In this document: piece by piece, positions 27,536 through 36,983 of the stretch
How the letters are laid out: the number at the start of each line of letters is the position of its first letter
How positions within the stretch are numbered: position 1 is the stretch's first letter
Source of the DNA: Clostridia bacterium
GTDB taxonomy: Bacteria > Bacillota > Clostridia > Christensenellales > UBA1242
NCBI GenBank assembly: GCA_017409005.1
Contig: JAFQTP010000002.1
Span: 34,943-98,942, forward strand
Reading direction: 5' to 3'
DNA length: 64,000 nt
Position numbers and translations under genes: made by a program
The notes under the pieces: generated by a model
Told to the model about the DNA's origin: nothing
The model's input: the letters and a program-made list of their open reading frames with translations, nothing else
The model's database searches: none

Positions 27536-27561
27536 CAAAAAACACTCCAAATAAGAGTGTT
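27536..27561 (-). terminator. Rho-independent terminator after the GLUG-repeat lipoprotein gene
   Basis: Arms ACACTC (27542-27547) and GAGTGT (27555-27560) pair. The minus-strand T-run corresponds to the plus-strand A-run at 27536-27541. Confidence 0.6.
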
Positions 27562-27576
27562 TTTACATTTAAATAA

Positions 27577-28932
27577 TTAAGCTTGTGTGTTGTTTTCAAC
27601 AACATGACTAGGGTCGTTTGCATATGCAACGCAATGTGTGCAAGCTCCGGTTATAACCGTATTTAAACTATAGGTGTTTTGGGTTACAGAAATAACTTGA
27701 TTTTCTAATTTAACATTACCTGCCGCCTCTTGAAGCCCACCAACAATACCACCAGCAAAAGTTCCACCAGTTACAACTGCACAGCTGTTTATGTTTTCAG
27801 TAACTACGGCTTGATTATAAATTGTTCCTACAATTCCACCCGCACCTAAAGTACTATTTTCAGCAATAATGTTTGCTGTGTTAGCGTTGTTTGCAATAAT
27901 AATTGTTTCACTACGAGCATAATCCGCTACAGACGTATTATATCTAACAAAACCAATAATTCCGCCCGCAGTTGTACCACCTACAACATTAATTTGACCG
28001 GCATTTGTGTTGTTTTCAATATTGCCACAACTAACTTGTTCGGCAACTATACCACCAGCCTCACAAGAGCCTCCTGAACTAGTTGCATTAATAATGCCAT
28101 TATTAACACAATTTTTAACATCTGCGGCTGAAAGCCCAACAATGCCACCCGCAGCATAACCAGCACTAATGTTTCCATTGTTTACACAATTAGAGATAGT
28201 TATTAATTTTTCTGGTTGACTATAATATGCTTTTCCAACAATTCCGCCTGCTGTTTCTGTTACTGTAATTGTTGCATTATTGGCTGAATTTGTAATAGTT
28301 CCGGAAACCAGAATTCTACCTGCAATTCCGCCAGCTCCGTCGGGCGCAGTAAGCGAACAATCGGAATTAACTTTGCAGTTATCAATGGTTCCGCCGCTAA
28401 CAAGCCCAGCAACAAAACCTACGTTTTTGCTTTCGGTTGTTATTGTTGAAGTTTTGATTTCTAGGTTTTTTATAGTGCCAGTAACCGTGCCAAATAAACC
28501 AACTGCTTGGTTGCTCGCAGCTTCGGCAATTGTTAAACCACTAATTATTTTGTTTGTTCCATCAAAAGTTCCAGCAAAACTATTACCTTCAAAGTTTTTT
28601 CCCGACCTTGTTGAAGTTGCAACAACGTTCCAGTTAAAACCTGCTAAATTTAGGTGATTGCTAAGTGTTATAGTAACACCATTAAAATTAACACCTTCAT
28701 TAACAATCTCTGCAAGCCCTGCTAACTGCTCGGCGGTTTCGAAAACATATAAATCTTGTGGATTTGCTTCAACATACCAACTTTTATCGGAAGACCCGTC
28801 CCAAGTGTCGGTTATTACCGGTACTGGTGGTATAGGGTTTTCAGGTGGTGGATCTTCTCCACATCCAACAAGTGTAAATATTGATGTTAAGGCTAAGCCT
28901 AAAGAAAGCAACGCACTATGTTTTTTCTTCAT
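27577..28932 (-). CDS. Lipoprotein with GLUG-like repeats (predicted beta-helical surface protein)
   Basis: The preferred start is ATG at 28932 behind GGAGA. The N-terminus MKKKHSALLSLGLALTSIFTLVGC has a lipobox. More than 8 repeats of about 20-25 aa are centred on (A/G)GGI(V/A)G, the same repeat type as the C-terminus of the giant protein. Confidence 0.75.
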   Translation of the reverse strand: MKKKHSALLSLGLALTSIFTLVGCGEDPPPENPIPPVPVITDTWDGSSDKSWYVEANPQDLYVFETAEQLAGLAEIVNEGVNFNGVTITLSNHLNLAGFNWNVVATSTRSGKNFEGNSFAGTFDGTNKIISGLTIAEAASNQAVGLFGTVTGTIKNLEIKTSTITTESKNVGFVAGLVSGGTIDNCKVNSDCSLTAPDGAGGIAGRILVSGTITNSANNATITVTETAGGIVGKAYYSQPEKLITISNCVNNGNISAGYAAGGIVGLSAADVKNCVNNGIINATSSGGSCEAGGIVAEQVSCGNIENNTNAGQINVVGGTTAGGIIGFVRYNTSVADYARSETIIIANNANTANIIAENSTLGAGGIVGTIYNQAVVTENINSCAVVTGGTFAGGIVGGLQEAAGNVKLENQVISVTQNTYSLNTVITGACTHCVAYANDPSHVVENNTQA

Positions 28933-29078
28933 AACAATATCTCCATTAATCAATTTCCCATTTCTCTATCTTTTCGTAAATTATAACATTTTTGGTTAAA
29001 TTAGCCAATAAAATAAAAACAAATGTTTCACCATTGTTAGTATATGTACAATTTTGCTTAACAAACTTAATTTTTTTA

Positions 29079-29107
29079 TTGACAGTCATAGTTTCGTGTG
29101 ATAAACT
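29079..29107 (+). promoter_or_regulatory. Sigma-A-type promoter for helD
   Basis: TTGACA (29079-29084), a 17-nt spacer ending in TGA (extended -10 TGn), then TAAACT (29102-29107). Confidence 0.55.
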
Positions 29108-29206
29108 GACTTCGCTAATTTTCGTGCTAAAAATGTCAAAAAAATCGGTATTTTGAGGTTTTTAGTACTTTTTTTAGTCCTAAAATTTAATAGTAGAGAG
29201 GTGGAT

Positions 29207-31267
29207 ATGAGTAGCGAAGAAATAAAACATGAAACAAAAGTGCTAGATGAAACCTTGCTTGCTGTGCAGAACAAACTAAAAATTTTGCAAGAAGAAAAAG
29301 AATACTACAAAGATAAAGGACTTAAAAATCAGGCAGAATTCTGGGACTCCATTACCGATATGGACGACGTAGAAAAAGCCTTGAACAAAACCATATTTGA
29401 CCAAACGATAGACGATTATATGGTTGTGTTTAGAATGCATAGGAATATGGAAAAAATGTTAGATAGTCCATATTACGGCAAAATAAGAATTAAAGAAAAA
29501 GATAAAGAACAAGAACTTTACATTGGCTTAACAGGTTTTAACGAACCCCCTGCCCCATTTATTTTAGACTGGCGTGCTCCAATTTCAAGTTTGTTTTACG
29601 ACTACGAAGTTGGCCCTGCCGAATATGAAGTGCTCGACGAAAAAACACAAGTTGACCTTCTTTCTAAAAACCAAATAAAAATTGAAAAAGGCAAACTTCA
29701 ATACATAATTAATTCAAGTTTAAAAATTGACGACGAAATTTTGCAAGAAGCCCTTTCGCATAACACAAGCGAAAAAATGAAAAATGTGGTTGCCACCATT
29801 CAAAAGGAACAAAACAACATTATTAGGCTACCATATAAAACCAACGTTATTGTGCAAGGTGTGGCAGGAAGCGGAAAAACAAGCATTGCCCTACACCGAA
29901 TTGCGTTTTTACTTTATAGGCAACGCAACATTTTAAACTCACGCAACATTCAAATACTTTCGCCTAACACCGTGTTTGAAGACTACATTTCGAATGTGCT
30001 ACCAGAAATGGGTGAAGAAAACATTAAAAGCATTAACTTCGACCGCATTATTAACGATTATTACTACGAACAAAAACAACAGGTTGAAAACAAAGCCGAG
30101 CAATATGAACGTATTTTAAAGTTAAGAAAGTTAACACCCGACATTTCATATAAAAACTCGATTGACATTATTGCCGACCTTGAAAACTTTTTAAAAAATA
30201 ACTTACTAAATTATTTAAAACTAACCGATTTTGTTAAAGAAAATTTTGTTATGGAAAAAGAAAGCATTATTGAAATTTATAAACAATATGCCGACCTTCC
30301 ATTCTGGCAAATTAAAAACAAAATTAAAGGTCAGTTGGCTGTTAAAAGTGCATTATGGGATTTTGAATATAGCGAATATAAAACAAACTTAGCAATTGAA
30401 CGCTATTTAAAATACATGACCCCTAAAAACCTAACTCAAACCCTATATTCCGACTTTTTAGCAAAACGTGGATTTACGTTTGCAAAACACAAAGGCAAAA
30501 TTAAATATGAAGACGCATTTCCGCTTATGCTAATAGACAACCATTTAAACGGACTTAGTAGTTTTACAAGCATACAACATTTGGTTGTAGACGAAATGCA
30601 AGACTACAGCCCAATGCAGTTTAGAGTTTTAAACATTTTATATCCTTGCTCAAAAACCATTTTAGGCGATTACGGACAAAGTATGTGCCCACGCGAGAGC
30701 AAACAAGCCATTGAACAACTACATAGTTTGTTTGATAACTCAATGTATTTAACTATTAACCGCTGCTACCGAACCAGTGAAGAAATTGGCGAACTTTGCA
30801 ATTTAATTGGTAACCGCCAAGATGTGGTTATGGTTAGAAAAGGTGGAAACACACCAACAATTTTAAAAACTGAAAGCGAAGAACATTTTGTAAATCAAAT
30901 TAAAGCAATTTTAGAAGAGGTTAAACACAAAGAATATAAAAACATTGCAATAATTACTAAAGACCAAGAAGAATGTGATTATTATGTTAACCTACTAAAA
31001 CCGCACTTGCCAGTTGAAACAATTACTGCAACCAGCCTAACATTACCAAATGGGCTTGTGGTTGTTCCAAGTTTTCAAAGTAAAGGCTTAGAGTTTGATT
31101 GCGTAATTATTCCAGACGCAAGCCAAGCAAACTATAATTCAGAATTTGAATATCAAAACCTATATATTTCGGCATCAAGAAGTTTGCACCATTTGTATGT
31201 GCTATATAACCAAACACCTTGCAAACCAATTAACGAATATTTAAACTTAAAAGGTAAAAATAATTAA
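29207..31267 (+). CDS. helD: HelD-type UvrD-like helicase (RNA polymerase recycling ATPase)
   Basis: The motifs YYGKIRI...LYIGLTG...LDWRAPISSLFYDYE are HelD N-terminal signatures. Walker A is GVAGSGKTS, followed by VVDEMQDY and a UvrD-like C-terminal domain. The start is taken at ATG 29207 behind GAGAGGTGGA. The track ORF begins 18 codons earlier. Confidence 0.8.
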   Translation: MSSEEIKHETKVLDETLLAVQNKLKILQEEKEYYKDKGLKNQAEFWDSITDMDDVEKALNKTIFDQTIDDYMVVFRMHRNMEKMLDSPYYGKIRIKEKDKEQELYIGLTGFNEPPAPFILDWRAPISSLFYDYEVGPAEYEVLDEKTQVDLLSKNQIKIEKGKLQYIINSSLKIDDEILQEALSHNTSEKMKNVVATIQKEQNNIIRLPYKTNVIVQGVAGSGKTSIALHRIAFLLYRQRNILNSRNIQILSPNTVFEDYISNVLPEMGEENIKSINFDRIINDYYYEQKQQVENKAEQYERILKLRKLTPDISYKNSIDIIADLENFLKNNLLNYLKLTDFVKENFVMEKESIIEIYKQYADLPFWQIKNKIKGQLAVKSALWDFEYSEYKTNLAIERYLKYMTPKNLTQTLYSDFLAKRGFTFAKHKGKIKYEDAFPLMLIDNHLNGLSSFTSIQHLVVDEMQDYSPMQFRVLNILYPCSKTILGDYGQSMCPRESKQAIEQLHSLFDNSMYLTINRCYRTSEEIGELCNLIGNRQDVVMVRKGGNTPTILKTESEEHFVNQIKAILEEVKHKEYKNIAIITKDQEECDYYVNLLKPHLPVETITATSLTLPNGLVVVPSFQSKGLEFDCVIIPDASQANYNSEFEYQNLYISASRSLHHLYVLYNQTPCKPINEYLNLKGKNN

Positions 31268-31292
31268 ACCAGTTTAAATAAAAAATAATTAA

Positions 31293-31319
31293 GACCACCC
31301 TAAATTGGGTGGTTTTTTT
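31293..31319 (+). terminator. Rho-independent terminator after helD
   Basis: GACCACCC (31293-31300) and GGGTGGT (31307-31313) pair, followed by T6. Confidence 0.8.
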
Positions 31320-31335
31320 AGCTGTATTTTAGGTA

Positions 31336-31364
31336 TTGCAAACCAAACATTAATATGCTAAACT
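31336..31364 (+). promoter_or_regulatory. Sigma-A-type promoter
   Basis: TTGCAA (31336-31341), a 17-nt spacer ending in TGC, then TAAACT (31359-31364). The -35 context GGTATTGCAAA is the same as at 50255. Confidence 0.45.
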
Positions 31365-31392
31365 TTTAATGTAATAAAAAAGGAAAAAGTTA

Positions 31393-31914
31393 ATGATTTA
31401 CGGACGAATTAAAACTTTTATAGCAAAAGCCAAAACCTATAAAAAGGGTGGCGGAAAAACACCACAACAAATAAAACAACTGCAAGCCGAAGCACTTAGT
31501 TTAAGTAAGCAAATTAGTTTAGGTGCACTTAAAGACGCCGATAAAATTATTGAAAAATTAACTGCACTTGTTGAAATTAGAAATCAAGCAATTAGCAATT
31601 TTGATGCCATTGCCACCGAATATTATGCCATTTTAGAAAACTTATTAAAATATGGCACCGGATACCGCACAAAATCAGTGCACGAGCTATCTGAAATAAT
31701 GGCTGGTTGTTATAAAAAATACGACGAATATTTAGAGCAAACCAAACACGAACTAACACGCCCACTTGTGGCATATAAAAAAGCATTTGGCGTTCAGTTG
31801 CAACACGGAATTAAACTTGGTATTTACTACACAAAAAACAAAGGTAAAACCGATTTAATTCCTGCCCACGTTGCTGCCACTTTAAAAAAACCAGATGGCA
31901 TGGGAACAAATTAA
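31393..31914 (+). CDS. Hypothetical protein (173 aa, predicted helical, basic)
   Basis: AAGGA RBS, with its own promoter and terminator. I recognise no family motif. Confidence 0.55.
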   Translation: MIYGRIKTFIAKAKTYKKGGGKTPQQIKQLQAEALSLSKQISLGALKDADKIIEKLTALVEIRNQAISNFDAIATEYYAILENLLKYGTGYRTKSVHELSEIMAGCYKKYDEYLEQTKHELTRPLVAYKKAFGVQLQHGIKLGIYYTKNKGKTDLIPAHVAATLKKPDGMGTN

Positions 31915-31923
31915 AAATAAAAA

Positions 31924-31956
31924 CAAAAAGAAGATTGCAATTCAATCTTCTTTTTT
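31924..31956. terminator. Bidirectional rho-independent terminator between convergent genes
   Basis: GAAGATTG (31930-31937) and CAATCTTC (31943-31950) pair, flanked by an A-run and a T-run. Confidence 0.8.
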
Positions 31957-31971
31957 ATTAATTAACAGCAT

Positions 31972-33861
31972 TTATGCCTGTTGTTTTTTCTCTTCTTCCT
32001 CGGAATTTTCCTCAGTTTTATATAAAGTGTTATAAACCTCGCAATTACGCATTAAGTATTTGTGTGTGCCCTCGGCAATAACTTTGTTTTTATCGATAAC
32101 AATAATTTTATCGCAATCAACAACAGTTGAAAGTCTGTGTGCAACAATAACAATTGTGTGGGTGCGTTTTAAATTATCAATAACTTTTTTAATTTTGCCT
32201 TGGCTTTGATTATCTAAAGCGCTAGTTGCTTCGTCGAATAAAATAACCTTGCTGTTTTTAAGTAGAGCCCTAGCAATTGCAAGTCTTTGGCGTTGTCCAC
32301 CACTTAAAACCACTCCGTTTTCGCCAATCATGCTTTCATATTGCTTTGGTTGCTCCATAATAAAATCGTGAATTTGTGCTTGCTTGCAAGCTTCGTAAAT
32401 TTCTTCTTTGGTTGCATTTGGTTTAACAAACTGCAAGTTTTCCATTATGGTTGTGTTAAAAATATATGGTATTTGCATAACAATTGAAATGTTATCACGT
32501 AAACTTTTTTCGGTTAAATCGTTAACGTTAACACCATCTATGGTAATTTCGCCTTTTTGCACTTTATAAAGTTTATCTATTAAACTTAAAATTGTGCTTT
32601 TACCTTGTCCGCTTTTTCCAACAATGGCAACCGTTTGTCCGGCATTAATATCGAAACTCATGTTTTTAAATAGCATTTCGTCGTTTGAATAACCAAAATG
32701 AACTTTGTTAAATTTAATGTTTCCTTGAAAATTATTTAACTCTACATTTCCAAACGTTTCGCGTGGGTAGGTTGTACTTTCTAAAATTTCGAACACACGT
32801 TGTGCGGCAAGTTCGCCATCTACAAAGTGCTGTTTAACATTTATAACATAGTTAATAAGTCCGCGAACACGCCCCATATAAATATAAACAACTAGCATTG
32901 TGCTTAGTGGCATTAATCCATTAACAACAAGCATAACACTAAAAGCAATAAACGCTAAATCAAGTAGCGATGTAGAAAACGAACTTGCTCTACGCCACCA
33001 CATGTTTGTCATATCAAATTTTTGCGAAATTCTAATTGCTTCGTTTTGTAGGGTTTCGGCTTTATTAATAACACTTTCTTTTAAGTTTAAAACCTTAACA
33101 TCTCTAACGCCACGCACAATTTCGCCATAAGCACCAACAACCTTTTCGTCGGCTTCTTTCCAGCGTTTACGGTTTTTAAACCACGCTTTAATACGGAAGT
33201 TTTCAATTATAAATATTACTGAAATGTAAACTAAAATAAATAAGAACACCCAAATATTTAAAAAGCCAATGTAAATAACAAACCCAACATTACTTAAAAT
33301 ATCTGCCAAACAATCTACAACGTTGTTATAAAAACTAGCAAGTTCGTTGGCATCTTTGTTAATACGTGAAATAAACACGCCAGAGTTTGTTTTATCAAAA
33401 TTTTGTGTTTCAAGTGATGTTAAACTAGTTACAAGTTCGTGCTTAATATCTATTTTAATATTGCGGTTTAACTTAATTAAAACAATATACCACACGGTGT
33501 AAACCATTTGAGCAAGAACTTGCACAGTAAACAACCAAACAGCAAGCTCTAAAATCTTTTTAACATTAAATTGTGTAAATTGGTCTACTAAATTACCCTC
33601 AAAAATTGGTGATAAAACCGAAACACCGCTGCCAAGCAAACTAAGAGCAATAATTAGCAAAAACAAACCAATGTATTTGCGGTAAAATTTAAAAGTTTTC
33701 TTTAAACCTTTATAGCCCTTTTCTTTAATAACTTCGTTGCCGGCGCTATCTTTTACTTTAACATATTTTGTTTTGTCGTAATCGTCGGTTGCCGGTGCAC
33801 CAATTTTAGAAATAGTTTTAATTTGTTTAGGTTCTGGTTGAACCTTTTTTTCTTTAGCCAA
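31972..33861 (-). CDS. ABC transporter, fused permease/ATPase (type I exporter, MsbA-like half transporter)
   Basis: Six-TM region, then Walker A GKSGQGKST, signature LSGGQRQR and Walker B ILFDEATSALD. TTG start 8 nt after AAGGAG. Confidence 0.85.
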   Translation of the reverse strand: MAKEKKVQPEPKQIKTISKIGAPATDDYDKTKYVKVKDSAGNEVIKEKGYKGLKKTFKFYRKYIGLFLLIIALSLLGSGVSVLSPIFEGNLVDQFTQFNVKKILELAVWLFTVQVLAQMVYTVWYIVLIKLNRNIKIDIKHELVTSLTSLETQNFDKTNSGVFISRINKDANELASFYNNVVDCLADILSNVGFVIYIGFLNIWVFLFILVYISVIFIIENFRIKAWFKNRKRWKEADEKVVGAYGEIVRGVRDVKVLNLKESVINKAETLQNEAIRISQKFDMTNMWWRRASSFSTSLLDLAFIAFSVMLVVNGLMPLSTMLVVYIYMGRVRGLINYVINVKQHFVDGELAAQRVFEILESTTYPRETFGNVELNNFQGNIKFNKVHFGYSNDEMLFKNMSFDINAGQTVAIVGKSGQGKSTILSLIDKLYKVQKGEITIDGVNVNDLTEKSLRDNISIVMQIPYIFNTTIMENLQFVKPNATKEEIYEACKQAQIHDFIMEQPKQYESMIGENGVVLSGGQRQRLAIARALLKNSKVILFDEATSALDNQSQGKIKKVIDNLKRTHTIVIVAHRLSTVVDCDKIIVIDKNKVIAEGTHKYLMRNCEVYNTLYKTEENSEEEEKKQQA

Positions 33862-34110
33862 AATAAATTCTCCTTGAATTTACGTTTTCGTATTTTTACT
33901 ATATCACATATTTTTTTATTATTAAAATAATAAAACTTAAATTAAACTAAAATTTGCAAATTTATTATTTAACCAGCATTTGCTAACACCAACAGACACT
34001 TCAAGATAATAACAATTAAAATGTTTATAATGTTTAAGTAAAATGCATTACTAAAATTAAAAACAAACAACTTTCATTTTAGGTAGCATAAGCCAGTGTT
34101 TTATAAGTAT

Positions 34111-34176
34111 GGTAGCATAAGCGAACCTTTATAATAAACTTAGTAACGCAGTTATAAATTTTACGATTTTAAATTT
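34111..34176. repeat. 66-nt direct repeat, copy 1
   Basis: GGTAGCATAAGCGAACCTTTATAATAAACTTAGTAACGCAGTTATAAATTTTACGATTTTAAATTT. A 12-nt partial copy (GGTAGCATAAGC) lies at 34082-34093. Confidence 0.9.
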
Positions 34177-34250
34177 TAAAGTCGATTTTTTTAATAGGCA
34201 TATTCAAATAAAATGTTTTTACATTTGTTTGAGCGAATGCCTATTTAATA

Positions 34251-34316
34251 GGTAGCATAAGCGAACCTTTATAATAAACTTGGTAACGCAGTTATAAATT
34301 TTACGATTTTAAATTT
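34251..34316. repeat. 66-nt direct repeat, copy 2 (65 of 66 identical to copy 1, offset 140 bp)
   Basis: Same sequence apart from A to G at 34282. The sequence after each copy has diverged but keeps TGTTTGAGC(G/A)AATGC (34225 and 34364). Confidence 0.9.
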
Positions 34317-34403
34317 GCAGTTATATACGAAATTTTATAATGTTAAAATTTTAAATTTTGCAATGTTTGAGCAAATGCGAGTTTTGCAAAAAATTTAAAA
34401 TTT

Positions 34404-34447
34404 GAAGAAAATTGCAGTTGAACTAAAACTTCAACTGCAAATTTTTT
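34404..34447 (-). terminator. Rho-independent terminator after the DAC-like gene
   Basis: TTGCAGTTGAA (34412-34422) and TTCAACTGCAA (34430-34440) pair. U-rich tracts follow on both strands. Confidence 0.7.
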
Positions 34448-34466
34448 AAGTAAAATTTATAACAAG

Positions 34467-35507
34467 TTACTTTTTGATTGGTTTATAAAACATTTCGCCA
34501 TCGTGGCTTTGGAAGTAAACACCAACAATACGTTTTCTACGTGAGTTAATAACAGTGTAGGCAGCACGTTTACGAGCACCACCAATAACATTCATGTTAC
34601 GTGTGTTACTTTCAACAAAAACGTTATACGCCCTAATACGTCCGGCATTATCTACCACAACAATACCATCGTAATCAAGCATATCCATAAATAGTTCGCA
34701 GAATGCGGTTAGTTTGCTTTCGTTATAAGTTTTGCTACGTAAAAATAATTTACTAAAACTAATTGGTTCTTTTAGCCAAACACCATCGCTAAAAAATCCG
34801 TTATCTTCGTAATCTTTATCAACAACAACGCAAAGCGCTCCATGAATGGTTTTAAACACCGAATCAAACACGTTTTCGTACATTGTTTTAATTTCTTGTA
34901 ATTTTTTTGTTGTAGTTCTAAGTTTAGAAAAACTAGCATCAACAAATTGTTTAATTTCCGATTCCCAATCAGTAATTTTTGTTTCGTCTAGAGTGTTGTT
35001 AATACTTAATTGTTCGCCCTTTAAACTATTTAAATTAATTGTGTAGTTGTTAATTGGTTCAACATGCACAAGTTCAACTTTATCTACCCTTTCTTTTAAA
35101 ACGGCATTGTTAAAAATAAGCTTTGTTAAGTTTTCTTCTTTAATGCTATTTAAAGCTTTCCAAATACCATAAGTTATTTCTGTTTCTTTAATGTTAACAA
35201 AAATCATCCAACCATGTTTGCAAAATGGTGCAAGTTTTTTAATTCGATAGTTAAACTTAACCTCTGTAATTGGGTCGGTAAACATTGCAATACGGAAGCA
35301 ATCTGGAATTGTTTTTGTAACGTAATCAACATTGTTTGTAAACACAATGTTAGGTCTAAGTTTTTCGCCCTCTTCTTCGTAGGTTGCAAGTTCTGAAAAA
35401 AAGTTTAGAAATTGCGCGTGCAGTTTTTTAGGAAATTCCGAAAATTCCCTTTCTAAAAATTCACTTACTGCAACTTTTGCTGTTGAATATGTTACTGTAT
35501 CACGCAT
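34467..35507 (-). CDS. Protein with a C-terminal diadenylate-cyclase (DisA_N/DAC)-like domain and an unrecognised N-terminal domain of about 210 aa
   Basis: The C-terminus HGALCVVVD...YDGIVVVDNAGRIRAYNVFVE...VIGGARKRAAYTVINS...VGVYFQSHDGEMF aligns by eye with CdaA-type IGALIVIE...HDGAVI...AAACYLPLS...LGTRHRAAVGISE...IIVSEETGGVS. The RBS is GGGGTGG. Confidence 0.6.
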   Translation of the reverse strand: MRDTVTYSTAKVAVSEFLEREFSEFPKKLHAQFLNFFSELATYEEEGEKLRPNIVFTNNVDYVTKTIPDCFRIAMFTDPITEVKFNYRIKKLAPFCKHGWMIFVNIKETEITYGIWKALNSIKEENLTKLIFNNAVLKERVDKVELVHVEPINNYTINLNSLKGEQLSINNTLDETKITDWESEIKQFVDASFSKLRTTTKKLQEIKTMYENVFDSVFKTIHGALCVVVDKDYEDNGFFSDGVWLKEPISFSKLFLRSKTYNESKLTAFCELFMDMLDYDGIVVVDNAGRIRAYNVFVESNTRNMNVIGGARKRAAYTVINSRRKRIVGVYFQSHDGEMFYKPIKK

Positions 35508-35766
35508 ATTGCCACCCCTACAAAAAACGCAAAAACCTTAAATTTTCGCTTAAATTACTTATAATATAACAAATAAATATTTAATTGTTAAACAAAATAT
35601 TCATATTTTTTATAATTATTCATGTTTTTGCATACAAAACTAAAAATTACTAAAAAAACATTTTGCCTTTTTGTTTTATTAAAAAAATTAGGTATATCCT
35701 AACAAAACATGCAAACATTTTGCCCTGTTGTGCAACCTTTTAAAATGTGCACATTGTATAAAAACA

Positions 35767-35802
35767 CAAAAAACGAACAAACTTAACTTGTTTGTTCGTT
35801 TT
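35767..35802 (-). terminator. Rho-independent terminator after the ydjG-like gene
   Basis: AACGAACAAAC (35772-35782) and GTTTGTTCGTT (35790-35800) pair. The minus-strand T-run corresponds to the plus-strand A-run just before the stem. Confidence 0.75.
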
Positions 35803-35820
35803 ATACCCAATTTAAAATTT

Positions 35821-36900
35821 TTAAAAACCACCTGATTGCGATGCTGTATAAACACCAAATGCAATTGCTGCAACTCCAAGCAGTATGCCCATAACCAAAC
35901 CAAAAATTTTCCAACCAGAACGTGGAACTTTTCCGGTTACATGACCTGTAAATCCATTAACTAAAAAGCGATAGTCTTTTTTCTGATATTTAAAATTACA
36001 AATCCAAACAGGCAAATAAATGTATTGCCACTTAATGTTGCTATAGTCGTTTGTCATGCTAAAACTTGCATAACCATCGTAATTATGCGAATCTTTTGCC
36101 CTTTCTTCAATAGTTCGTTCGGCATTAGATTTTGCATTTTTTAAACCATCATGCAAATTAATTGAAAACTCGGAACTTAAAAAACCAAGCAGATATGCTG
36201 TGTTATAAACCTTTAAATTATCACTAATTCCATAACGTCCTAGCTGTGCAAGTTCAAGGTCGTTAACATGGTTGCTTGCAACTGTTGCCTCGTTGGCAAA
36301 CTCGTCGAAACGTTTACCTGAAAATGGGTGCCTGGTGTAATATGTTTCATGGTCGGTTATAGTTTTTCCATTTGGCCCACGTCTTCTTACTGTGCGTGTA
36401 TGGCGTTCTAAACCCACACCAGAATAACTAGTGTTTACATTAAAATCAAAATTCCAACATGGGAAATAGTATCCTTCCATTTTATTAATTTTAGCACTGC
36501 TTTTTAGTTTGTTTGGAACAAACTTTCTGGTTTTAATCCATTGTTTATAACTTTCGCGTGCTTTTTCTTTTGTAATGCTAAACGGAACAATTCCATCTGG
36601 CTTAAAATCGATTGTTTGCTCTAGTTTATGCAAATTACTTGAGCCACAATATGGGCAAACACCTGAAACGCTGTTTTCGTTAACATTGGTTTTTGCACCA
36701 CAACCATCACATTCAAACACTGCTTTTGCATTAGCATTTTTACTTAATGTGCTAAGTGTGTTATATTCTCGTTTTTGTGTTCCACCAACCGAAATAATGG
36801 CTTTTGTTCCTCCACAATGCGAGCAACTAAGTGCTTGCACATCTGGGTTAAACACCATAGAATATCCGCAACTTTCGCACTTGCTGGTTAAGTTTTCCAT
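35821..36900 (-). CDS. YdjG-like protein: two N-terminal TFIIB-type zinc ribbons and a C-terminal TM anchor
   Basis: CESCG...CSHCG and CDGCG...CPYCG zinc ribbons, then ...YLPVWICNFKY..YRFLVNGFTGHVTGKVP and a C-terminal TM. It lies downstream of the SPFH gene, as in the B. subtilis ydjGHI genes. Confidence 0.6.
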   Translation of the reverse strand: MENLTSKCESCGYSMVFNPDVQALSCSHCGGTKAIISVGGTQKREYNTLSTLSKNANAKAVFECDGCGAKTNVNENSVSGVCPYCGSSNLHKLEQTIDFKPDGIVPFSITKEKARESYKQWIKTRKFVPNKLKSSAKINKMEGYYFPCWNFDFNVNTSYSGVGLERHTRTVRRRGPNGKTITDHETYYTRHPFSGKRFDEFANEATVASNHVNDLELAQLGRYGISDNLKVYNTAYLLGFLSSEFSINLHDGLKNAKSNAERTIEERAKDSHNYDGYASFSMTNDYSNIKWQYIYLPVWICNFKYQKKDYRFLVNGFTGHVTGKVPRSGWKIFGLVMGILLGVAAIAFGVYTASQSGGF

Positions 36901-36983
36901 ATACCCCTCTTAAATTAAAAAACGCCCAAACAATGGGCGTTTTTACTTTTTATTATTTTGTTTTAATAACCCACTAAATGTTA

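Noticed and set aside
34111-34316. The 66-nt direct repeats as a CRISPR array or mobile-element ends
   Set aside because: There are only two full copies. The 74-nt spacer is itself partly homologous between units (tandem duplication). The repeat is longer than CRISPR repeats. No cas, transposase or inverted termini are nearby.
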